Positions 17,247 to 24,499 of a stretch of DNA of 64,000 nt are shown here, piece after piece. The notes below the pieces were generated by a model. That model was not told the DNA's origin. It did no database searches and saw only the letters and a list, made by a program, of their open reading frames with translations. Positions within the stretch are counted from its first letter, which is position 1, and every line of letters begins with the position of its first letter. The position numbers and the translations under genes are program-made. Origin of the DNA: Acidimicrobiales bacterium (lineage in GTDB: Bacteria > Actinomycetota > Acidimicrobiia > Acidimicrobiales > Bog-793); the NCBI GenBank assembly GCA_050744865.1, contig JBOGHW010000032.1, positions 5,047 through 69,046 on the forward strand. Direction: 5' to 3'.

Positions 17247-17849
17247 TTGCATGCGGCAGGGTACGAGAGCGCGCGCAGGCGCCGTGCAGCCGCCTTGGCC
17301 GGCCACGATGGCGAGCTGGCTGTTGCCGCCGGGTACTTCGAGGACGCAGACGACACGGTTCGGGCCGTTGCCCTTGGCGCCCTGGTCCGTATGGGTAGCG
17401 CGACCCCTCTGGTGGCGGCCCGGGCACTGGCCGATCCGTCCCCGATCGTCCGCCGGCGTGCCGCTGAGCTGGCCGCGTCCCTACAAGGCGCCGACTTCAA
17501 GCAATTGCTTCAGGACGAGGACGCGAGCGTGGTCGAGGCTGCCTGCTTTGCTCTCGGCGAAGTGTGCGACACGGCGGCCGTCGCCGCGCTCGCCACGGTC
17601 GCGACAGAGCACCCCGATGCACTCTGCAGGGAGTCGGCCGTCGCCGCCCTCGGCTCGGTCGGCGACCCTGCCGGGCTTCCAGCCATCCTGGCGGCGCTGA
17701 AGGACAAGCCGGCGGTCCGGCGCCGCGCTGTCATTGCGTTGGCACCGTTCGCAGGTGACGAAGTCTCCGCGGCCCTGCGGAATGCCCTGAACGACCGCGA
17801 CTGGCAGGTGCGCCAGGCGGCCGAGGACCTCCTCTCGCCCGAGAGGTGA
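17247..17849 (+). CDS. HEAT-repeat protein (PBS-lyase HEAT-like repeats)
   Basis: Repeated D..VR..A..ALG units: DDTVRAVALGALV, SPIVRRRAAELA, DASVVEAACFALGEV, DALCRESAVAALGSVG, KPAVRRRAVIALA, DWQVRQAAEDLL. The start (TTG 17247) is uncertain. Confidence 0.65.
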   Translation: MHAAGYESARRRRAAALAGHDGELAVAAGYFEDADDTVRAVALGALVRMGSATPLVAARALADPSPIVRRRAAELAASLQGADFKQLLQDEDASVVEAACFALGEVCDTAAVAALATVATEHPDALCRESAVAALGSVGDPAGLPAILAALKDKPAVRRRAVIALAPFAGDEVSAALRNALNDRDWQVRQAAEDLLSPER

Positions 17850-17973
17850 GGTTGTGCACGGGCGCCGCAGCCGAACAGTCGACAGTCCACCCGGCGGGGA
17901 CCCGATTTCTCGAGGCTGTCCCGTTACTTGATGCTGGCCGGATGAAGCATGTCCGGACCCGGCACCGCATCGA

Positions 17974-18960
17974 TCAGGAGCCAGCGAGTCGCCTGTGCTT
18001 GCGCCGCATCGACACTACGGCGCCGCGCACGGTGACGACCTCCGGGTCGTGAACGAGGTGAATGGGAATGCCGGCAGCCGTGGCCATCCGTCTTGCAAAG
18101 CCGTGCAGCAGCGATCCCCCACCTGCGAGGTACAGGCCCATGCTCAACAAGTCGTTGGCCAGATCGGGAGGCGACTGGATGATGCACTCCACGGTGGCGG
18201 CGACGATCGACTCGACATGGGGGAAGAGGGCTCCCGCCACCTCCGAAGTAGACAGCGTGACGGTGCGTGCGCAACCGTTGCCGAGGTCGCGTCCTGCCAC
18301 CTCGACCTTCTTCTCCTCGTCCGGCCAGGCCGTGCCGATCACCATCTTGACCTGCTCGGCCAGCTCCGCCGGCACCGACAAGTCGAACGAAGACCTCAGC
18401 AGCGCTCGGATGGCGTCGTCGAAGTCCCCTCCTCCGACCTCGATCGAGGCCTCGGTCACCACACCGCCGAGCGCCATGACGGCCATGTCGCTCGTGCCCG
18501 CCCCGACGTCCACCACCATCGAAGCCAGGGGCTGGTCGATCCTCAGCCGGCTCCCGAGGGCGGCGCAAACCGCCTGATCAAGAAACGACACGTCCCGCGC
18601 CCCCGCCCGCTTGAACGACCGCTCGAGGGCGCGGCGTTGCACGCTGGTTGCTGAGGCCGGAACGCAGCAGGTGACATCGGGCTTATAGATCCTATGGTGC
18701 CGGGCCCGCGACAGGATCTCCCTCGCCACCTGGTGGGTGAGCTCCAGATCTGTCAGCTGGCCGTGGCGGACAGGTCGCACCAGGCCGATCTCACCGGCAG
18801 CACAACCAGTCAAGCCTTGCGCCTCCCTGCCGAAGGCGACGAGGCGGCCGGTGGTGATGTCTATGGCTGCCAGAGTGGGCTCGTCGACGATCGTCGAACC
18901 GCCCGAGTCGACGACAAGTGTTCGGGCAGTCCCGAGATCGACGGCCAGACCCGGGCTCAT
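17974..18960 (-). CDS. mreB: MreB-like actin-family protein (orphan, no mreCD)
   Basis: Collinear with MreB over the full length: VDLGTARTLVV, LVRPVRHGQLTD, CCVPASATSVQRRALERSFKRAGARDVSFLDQAVCAALG, MVVDVGAGTSDMAV, IEVGGGDFDDAI, LYLAGGGSLLHGF. Confidence 0.85.
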   Translation of the reverse strand: MSPGLAVDLGTARTLVVDSGGSTIVDEPTLAAIDITTGRLVAFGREAQGLTGCAAGEIGLVRPVRHGQLTDLELTHQVAREILSRARHHRIYKPDVTCCVPASATSVQRRALERSFKRAGARDVSFLDQAVCAALGSRLRIDQPLASMVVDVGAGTSDMAVMALGGVVTEASIEVGGGDFDDAIRALLRSSFDLSVPAELAEQVKMVIGTAWPDEEKKVEVAGRDLGNGCARTVTLSTSEVAGALFPHVESIVAATVECIIQSPPDLANDLLSMGLYLAGGGSLLHGFARRMATAAGIPIHLVHDPEVVTVRGAVVSMRRKHRRLAGS

Positions 18961-19643
18961 TGCTGGGCCCTGTCGCCTCGACCCGTGGCAGGGGCGGGGT
19001 CGGCGTCAGCAGGAGCGGGCTCGGCGTCGGCACCGGCGGGCTCGGCGGGCTCGGCAGGCTCGGCGTCGGCACCGGCAGGCTCGGCGGGCTCGGCGTCGCC
19101 ACCGGCGGGCTCGCCGGACGAGCCGACAGGCTGCAGCGCCTTGGCACTCGGGCTCCACCCTTGGCCCCCCGCCCAGTGCTCGTACTTCCAGATCGGCAAC
19201 GTCACCTTCAGGTCGTCGATCAGGTAGCGGCAGGCATCGAACGCCTCAGCTCGGTGCGGTGCCGAGACCGCGACTACGACCGAAGTCTCGCCAAGCGGGA
19301 CACGGCCAACACGGTGCCATAGGGCAACTCTCCCGAGCATCGGCACCCGCGCCCGAACGGCGGTGGCCAGCTCGCCGAGGCGGCGAAGGACGGGCGCCCC
19401 GTACGCCTCGTACTCGACGGCGTATACGCCGGTACGGCCCTCGGCGTTGTCCCGCACAACTCCCAAGAAGCCGACCACGCCCCCGCAATCAGGCATCCCC
19501 ACCCAGTCCAGGGCAACGGCAGCGTCGAGAACCAACCCGGTCAGTACCAGCCAGTCGGCCCCCGATGGCGGCACGAGTGGCACCACGAGAGCTGGCACGA
19601 CGGTCACTGGTGAATGGTACGCATCGCTCGACCCCTCCGTCAC
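18957..19643 (-). CDS. moaE: molybdopterin synthase catalytic subunit MoaE with Pro/Ala/Glu repeat C-terminal extension
   Basis: GGVVGFLGVVRDN...VEYEAYGAPV...VALWHRVGRVPLGETSVVVAVSAPHRAEAFDACRYLIDDLKVTLPIWKYE. The tail is GEPAGGDAEPAEPAGADAEPAEPAEPAGADAEPAPADADPAP. The start is uncertain (GTG 19643 or 19607). Confidence 0.75.
   Translation of the reverse strand: MTEGSSDAYHSPVTVVPALVVPLVPPSGADWLVLTGLVLDAAVALDWVGMPDCGGVVGFLGVVRDNAEGRTGVYAVEYEAYGAPVLRRLGELATAVRARVPMLGRVALWHRVGRVPLGETSVVVAVSAPHRAEAFDACRYLIDDLKVTLPIWKYEHWAGGQGWSPSAKALQPVGSSGEPAGGDAEPAEPAGADAEPAEPAEPAGADAEPAPADADPAPATGRGDRAQQ
18995..19115 (-). repeat. in-frame GC-rich tandem repeats encoding the MoaE PAE tail
   Basis: Reiterated ggctcggcgtcggcaccggc(g/a)ggctcggcggg units. 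Confidence 0.8.
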
Positions 19644-19723
19644 ACGAGGCAAGACGGCGATAGCGAAACCTCGTGTGCAGGCCGCGCCCCCTGAAAGCCC
19701 TCTGCTAGGTATCCTCGTATCCC

Positions 19724-20998
19724 GTGAGCCAACCGCCGGACGACTTCGAAAACCACTTCGAAGACCACTTCGACGACGACACTCAGAGGCCTCCGCTCCT
19801 GCCACCTGAGGACAGGATCTGGAGGCACCCGTCCGAGATCGGCGCCCTCGCCGGCACGTTCACGTCGGAGCCGACTGTCCTCGAAGACCGCTGGCTCCAG
19901 CGGACGCCGAGCCGCGCCAGCGCGTGGTCAGCCGGTGCCGTCGGCGCCATCCTGGCGACCGGCGTAGTGCTGGTCGGTATGCACCTGACGGCTTGGATCG
20001 GCCACTCGACCCTCGACGCCTCGAACCGAGCCGAGACTTCGAGCCGACCACCTGCCCAGCCCAGCGGCATTCTGCCGTCCGACATCGCCCAGGTCCGCGA
20101 CACCGTGGCCAAGAGCCTCGTCGTCGTGCAGAGCACCGTTGGAGGCAGAACGGCCGTTGCCGACGGTGTCGTGATCGCCGCCGGTGGGCTCGTCGCCGTA
20201 CCTGCCTCGGTCGTCGTGGGCGCCTCAGCAATTCAAGTGGGGGCTGCGGACCGGCAGTGGTTCGCAGCCGATCTCGTAGGATCGGATCCCGAGACCGGGC
20301 TCGCTGTTGTCAGCATCGGTGACAACAGCCTGCAGCCCATCAAAGCTGCTGCAGCTCCGTTGCAAGCCCACGAGTTCGTCGGAGTGGAGTCGGCCACCTC
20401 AGGCAAAGTCCGCCTGGCGCTTGGCGACGTTGGCTCTTTCGGTACCACATCGGCCAAGAAGGGCATGTACGACTTGTTGAGCTGGATCGACTTCCAGCCG
20501 ACGACGACGTCAAAGGTGTGCGGGTCTGTGCTCGTGAACGGCGCCGGCGAGTTCGTCGGGATGGTGACCGGCTCAGCCGGCAACTCGATGATCGAAGTGC
20601 CGGCGACAGTGGCCGAAGGCGTTGCGACCGAGATAGCCCGCTACGGAGAAGTCCGCAACGGATGGCTGGACTTCTCCGGCGTCACCAGCTACATGGCGAC
20701 ATCTCCCTCGACGATCACCACGCTGGGCACCGCGGTCGACACGGGCAACACTGCTGCAAGCAGCCAGCCGGCGCCGCTCGGTATCCGGGTCGAGACCATC
20801 GCAAAGAACAGCACCGCACAAGCGGCCGGCCTCAAGGTCGGCGACGTCATCGAGGCGGTCAACGGCCACGAAGTGACCTCGATGAACGCACTCGGCACGC
20901 AGCTGTACCTGACGCTGCCGTCGAGCGTGGTGAGACTGACAGTGCTGAGGGGTGCCTCCACCAAGGTGCTGGAGGCGCAGGTCCAAGGAGCCGGCTAG
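19724..20998 (+). CDS. membrane-anchored HtrA-like trypsin-fold + PDZ protein with degenerate catalytic triad
   Basis: Acidic N-terminus (DDFENHFEDHFDDD), one TM (AVGAILATGVVLVGM), trypsin-fold region alignable to HtrA, and a C-terminal PDZ (AAGLKVGDVIEAVNGHEVTS). At the His/Asp/Ser positions it reads PASVV, ETGLAVV and KVCGSVLVN. Confidence 0.7.
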   Translation: MSQPPDDFENHFEDHFDDDTQRPPLLPPEDRIWRHPSEIGALAGTFTSEPTVLEDRWLQRTPSRASAWSAGAVGAILATGVVLVGMHLTAWIGHSTLDASNRAETSSRPPAQPSGILPSDIAQVRDTVAKSLVVVQSTVGGRTAVADGVVIAAGGLVAVPASVVVGASAIQVGAADRQWFAADLVGSDPETGLAVVSIGDNSLQPIKAAAAPLQAHEFVGVESATSGKVRLALGDVGSFGTTSAKKGMYDLLSWIDFQPTTTSKVCGSVLVNGAGEFVGMVTGSAGNSMIEVPATVAEGVATEIARYGEVRNGWLDFSGVTSYMATSPSTITTLGTAVDTGNTAASSQPAPLGIRVETIAKNSTAQAAGLKVGDVIEAVNGHEVTSMNALGTQLYLTLPSSVVRLTVLRGASTKVLEAQVQGAG

Positions 20999-21086
20999 CT
21001 GCTCCTCAACCAGCGCCGGCGCCGACTGCCGGCACGAAGCAAGACGCCGGCCAGCGCGCCCCTAGCATGACCGGAGTGATTGACCT

Positions 21087-22370
21087 GTGAGCGACCTGCC
21101 CAACTTCGGTGGCGACATGTTCAAGAACATGATGAACGACATCATGCGCCTCATGCCCTCAGGAGGTGGCATGCAGTGGGGCGTCGCCTACCAACTGGCT
21201 AGCCAGATAGCCGCCGGCGAGACCGGGAGTGAGCCGAATCCCGATCCGCTCGAGAGGATTCGTTTCGAGGAGCTGAGCAACGTCGCCCAACTGCACGTGA
21301 GCGAAGTGATCGGCATGAGCGTCTCGCCTGCCGGAGAGAACGTGAAGTTGCTTCCCGCCAGCCGTGGCGATTGGGCCAAGCGCATCCTCGACACCTGGCT
21401 CCCTGTCCTGGAACGGCTGACTGCCGCGGCCGCGCCTGAGTCTGCCCAAGCTGACAGCGACGACTCGGCGGGGCCCGACCCTGCGCCGGCTCAGCCCTCG
21501 AGCCTCGACCCGTTCTCGGGCCGAGACGAAGACGGGGGTGAGGGGGATGCGATGATGGAGGTGTTCGGGCGTTTCTTCACGGCGATGGCTCCGACGATGA
21601 CCGCCATGCAGGCCGGGTCCGTGGCGGGGCACCTGGCGGAACGAGCGATCGGCCAGTACGACGTCCCGCTGGCGCCTGTCGCCAGCAGCGAGCTGCTCGT
21701 CGTGACTGCCAACCTCGACGCAGTCGCCGAGGACTGGAGCCTGCCGATCGACGGGCTGCGCCTGTGGCTGTGCGCCCACGAGATGGCTTGCCACGCCGTC
21801 CTCTCGCGGCCCGGCATCGCCACCAGGATCGCCGACCTGGTCGTGGCGCACGCACGGCTCGCCCAACCCGATCCCGCGTCCGTCCAGCAGCTCATGTCCG
21901 AGGCAGACCCGTCGGATCCGATGGCCCTTTCGCGGGTCTTGAGCGACCCCGGCAACTACGCGGCCGGGGCACTGAGCGGCAAGCTCGGGCGCATCCGCGG
22001 CGATCTCGACGCCATCACCGCTGCGGTGTCCGGCTACGTCGAGCACGTCACCGGCATCATCTCGGAGCGGGCCATCGGCAACTACGCGCCGATCGGCGAG
22101 GCTATGCGCCGCCGCAGAGTCAGCCGCGGCGAGGGCGAGAAGGTGGCCGAGGCCCTATTCGGCCTCAGCCTGGACCAGGGACAGATCGACCGAGGCGAAA
22201 GGTTCGTAGCAGGCGTCGTTCAAAGGGGCGGGGAAGTCCAGCTCACGAAGATGTGGTCGGATCCCCGATGGTTGCCGACACCGACGGAGATCGAGGCTCC
22301 GGGGCTGTGGCTCGCTCGAGTAGAGCTTCCCGGAGAGCCTGGTGGGGAACCTGCCGAGAGTCAGCCCTGA
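21087..22370 (+). CDS. zinc-dependent metalloprotease, DUF2342-type
   Basis: HEXXH motif in LWLCAHEMACHAVLSRP. The length and the C-terminal ...RGERFVAGVVQRGGEVQLTKMWSDPRWLPTPTEIEAP fit the actinobacterial DUF2342 family as I remember it. Confidence 0.7.
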   Translation: MSDLPNFGGDMFKNMMNDIMRLMPSGGGMQWGVAYQLASQIAAGETGSEPNPDPLERIRFEELSNVAQLHVSEVIGMSVSPAGENVKLLPASRGDWAKRILDTWLPVLERLTAAAAPESAQADSDDSAGPDPAPAQPSSLDPFSGRDEDGGEGDAMMEVFGRFFTAMAPTMTAMQAGSVAGHLAERAIGQYDVPLAPVASSELLVVTANLDAVAEDWSLPIDGLRLWLCAHEMACHAVLSRPGIATRIADLVVAHARLAQPDPASVQQLMSEADPSDPMALSRVLSDPGNYAAGALSGKLGRIRGDLDAITAAVSGYVEHVTGIISERAIGNYAPIGEAMRRRRVSRGEGEKVAEALFGLSLDQGQIDRGERFVAGVVQRGGEVQLTKMWSDPRWLPTPTEIEAPGLWLARVELPGEPGGEPAESQP

Positions 22371-22657
22371 GCCGCTTCCTCGTCTTCGGGAACACCGAGA
22401 TCCCACTCCAGTATCAGGTTCTCCCGCTCGGCGTCTCGCACGATCCTCTCGCGATTACGCCGAAACTGCGGGTCGTGCGGCGGCAGGAGCACCAGCCGGG
22501 CGAGGGCCCGGGAGCGGAAGTCCTCGATGACAGACCGCTCGCCGAAGTCCGAGTAGATCTCCCAGTGAGGCATCACCGGACCGAGGTAGACCATGCGAAC
22601 GTGGCCGCGCGGAGGCTCGGGCGCCTGCTGGGGCTCGGTGTCATCGCTCATCGTCAT
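22361..22657 (-). CDS. small hypothetical protein (98 aa)
   Basis: Protein-like composition (VRMVYLGPVMPHWEIYSDFGERSVIEDFRSRALARLVLLPPHDPQF...). Divergent from whiB. Its 3' end overlaps the convergent metalloprotease gene by 10 nt. No family recognised. Confidence 0.45.
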   Translation of the reverse strand: MTMSDDTEPQQAPEPPRGHVRMVYLGPVMPHWEIYSDFGERSVIEDFRSRALARLVLLPPHDPQFRRNRERIVRDAERENLILEWDLGVPEDEEAAQG

Positions 22658-22713
22658 CGGGCGGCAGTGTAGCCGTGAGCGCCGCGGCCCCAGATATTCA
22701 CAGCAAATCTGAA

Positions 22714-22735
22714 GGTGATTTCATGCATAATCACC
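22714..22735. promoter_or_regulatory. 22-bp inverted repeat (candidate operator) overlapping a CATAAT -10-like hexamer upstream of whiB
   Basis: GGTGATTtcATGCATaAATCACC: 7-bp arms GGTGATT/AATCACC around an ATGCAT core. CATAAT is at 22726-22731. It lies in an AT-richer 104-bp divergent spacer. Confidence 0.4.
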
Positions 22736-22761
22736 GCAACAAAAGAGTAACAATTGAGGTA

Positions 22762-23013
22762 ATGGACACTTCGTGGATGGCGCGGGGCAAGTGCAAGGAC
22801 CAACCGCCGGACATGTTCTTCCCGAGCGACGGGGTCGGTGTCGAGATCGCGCGCAGGATCTGCGCCGACTGCCCCGTGAAGTCACCCTGCCTGGAGTACG
22901 CCATGGCCAACCACATCGACCACGGCGTCTGGGGCGGCACGTCGGAGCGCGAGAGACGGAGGATCGCCCGTCGCCGGCGCCTGGCAGCAGCCGCCTCGAG
23001 CAACCCCGGCTGA
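22762..23013 (+). CDS. whiB: WhiB-family (Wbl) Fe-S transcription factor
   Basis: C-X22-C-X2-C-X5-C (CKDQPPDMFFP...ICADCPVKSPC) followed by GVWGGTSERERRRI. ATG 22762 is preceded by GAGG. Confidence 0.9.
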   Translation: MDTSWMARGKCKDQPPDMFFPSDGVGVEIARRICADCPVKSPCLEYAMANHIDHGVWGGTSERERRRIARRRRLAAAASSNPG

Positions 23014-23140
23014 ACCCTCGCGGGCCGATCGCGGGCCGAGCAGGAGCAGGTGCCGGTGGGCCGCCAGCAGCTGGCCAGCCGGCAGCCGGCACTAGCCGGC
23101 CGGACATCACGACCAGCCGCCAGCCACTACGGTCCGAATC

Positions 23141-23938
23141 GTGCTCGAGTGCGTGGTCAACGTCAGCGAGGGCCGCGACTCGTCGATCCTCGAGGACCTC
23201 GCCAACCGGGTCCGAGGCAACCTGCTCGACCTGCACTCGGACCCGACCCACAATCGCGCCGTGTTCACGCTGGCGGGTGCCGCGGTCGAGGTGGCAGCCC
23301 GCCTCCTGGCCCGTCGATGCGTGGAAGTACTCGACGTGTCTCGTCACTCCGGCGTTCACCCGCGCCTCGGCGTGGTCGACGTTGTCCCGTTCGTCCCACT
23401 GTCGACTGACACCGACCTCTCCTGTGCGATCGGCGCCCGGGACGACTTCGCGAAGTGGTTCGCCGGCTTAGGTGTCCCCTGCTTCGAGTACGGAGTCGAT
23501 CTCACCCTGCCGGAGATCCGGCGACGGGCTTGGATAGACCTGCTACCAGCCGAGGGGCCGAGCCAGCCGCATCCGACAGCCGGAGCGTGCTGCGTCGGGG
23601 CCAGGTCGTACCTGGTCGCTTACAACCTCTGGCTCACCAACGGGCGCTTGTCGGAGGCTCGTGCAGTCGCTCGTCGAATCCGTTGCGAGGACCTCCGGTC
23701 CCTCGGGCTCGGCATCGACGGGCAGGCTCAGGTGTCGATGAACTTGGTGGCGCCACTCGACCTCGGACCGGCGACGGCCTACGACTTGGTGGCCGAGCAG
23801 GCCTCCATCGACCATGCCGAACTTGTCGGCCTGATCCCGGCGGCGGTGCTGGCCGCCGTGCCTCGCCGGCGTTGGGCCGAGCTGGGCTTGTCGGAGTCAT
23901 CGACTATCGAAGCCCGCCTCGCCCACCTAACCCGTTGA
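23141..23938 (+). CDS. ftcD: glutamate formimidoyltransferase (FTCD N-terminal-type) domain protein
   Basis: Hallmark N-terminus MLECVVNVSEGRD (ECVPNxSEGR motif), ...DPTHNRAVFTLAG... Confidence 0.8.
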   Translation: MLECVVNVSEGRDSSILEDLANRVRGNLLDLHSDPTHNRAVFTLAGAAVEVAARLLARRCVEVLDVSRHSGVHPRLGVVDVVPFVPLSTDTDLSCAIGARDDFAKWFAGLGVPCFEYGVDLTLPEIRRRAWIDLLPAEGPSQPHPTAGACCVGARSYLVAYNLWLTNGRLSEARAVARRIRCEDLRSLGLGIDGQAQVSMNLVAPLDLGPATAYDLVAEQASIDHAELVGLIPAAVLAAVPRRRWAELGLSESSTIEARLAHLTR

Positions 23939-23961
23939 GCCGGCCGGGCCGGGTCGGCCGG
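23938..23961. terminator. GC hairpin between convergent ftcD and whiB (candidate bidirectional terminator, no U-tract)
   Basis: GCCGGCCG (23938-23945), 8-nt loop, CGGCCGGC (23954-23961). Confidence 0.3.
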
Positions 23962-23978
23962 CCGGATGCACAGTCAGG

Positions 23979-24254
23979 CTAGGAAGCGCTTTGGGCTGCC
24001 AGGACTCGAGCCCGGCGGACGCGGCGACGCTCCCGCTCGCTCATGCCACCCCAGATGCCGAACTTCTCGCCATTGCTGATGGCATAGTCCAGGCAGTCCT
24101 CGCGCACGACGCAGCCGCGGCAGACCTCTTTGGCCTCCCGCGTGGAAGCTCCCCTCTCCGGGAAGAACAGGTCAGGATCCACACCCATGCAGTTGGCGCG
24201 GACCTGCCACTCTCGGCTCGGTCCATCTATTTGCAGAAGCGACTGGAAGGCCAC
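23979..24254 (-). CDS. whiB: WhiB-family (Wbl) Fe-S transcription factor
   Basis: CMGVDPDLFFPERG...VCRGCVVREDC, then FGIWGGMSERERRRV. GTG 24254 has GGGGAGGAG 6 nt upstream. Confidence 0.9.
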   Translation of the reverse strand: MAFQSLLQIDGPSREWQVRANCMGVDPDLFFPERGASTREAKEVCRGCVVREDCLDYAISNGEKFGIWGGMSERERRRVRRARVLAAQSAS

Positions 24255-24296
24255 CGGCGTCTCCTCCCCTTGGTGGGACTCGCAGTCGTGTAATTA

Positions 24297-24310
24297 CACG
24301 GCTGTAATCA
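24297..24310. promoter_or_regulatory. 14-bp perfect palindrome upstream of the second whiB
   Basis: CGTGTAATTACACG at 24297-24310, 43-56 nt upstream of the GTG start, in an otherwise GC-rich spacer. Confidence 0.35.
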
Positions 24311-24479
24311 TCATGGACCCGTTTGACCGGCGATGCAAGGGGGAGGGCCAAGTTCGTCGCCGGGCGCGCCCTGGGGGTTGGCGATGGCAGCGCCCGGCGT
24401 TGAGCAGATGAGTACCTCCCTGGTGGCTAGGAACTCTCTTCGGGTTGGCCGGCGCGCCGGCAGGCGGCGGGCGTTCGCG

Positions 24480-24499
24480 GGCCTGACTCGGGTCAGGCC
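24480..24499 (-). terminator. hairpin overlapping the vWA-gene stop codon (candidate terminator)
   Basis: GGCCTGAC-tcgg-GTCAGGCC, a perfect 8-bp stem. A second 14-bp GC palindrome (GCCGGCGCGCCGGC) lies at about 24448-24461. Confidence 0.3.

Noticed and set aside
22697-22735. A canonical Crp/Fnr box (TGTGA-N6-TCACA) upstream of whiB
   Set aside because: The GTGA/TCAC cores are present but separated by 12 nt, not 6. It is therefore reported only as a generic inverted repeat.
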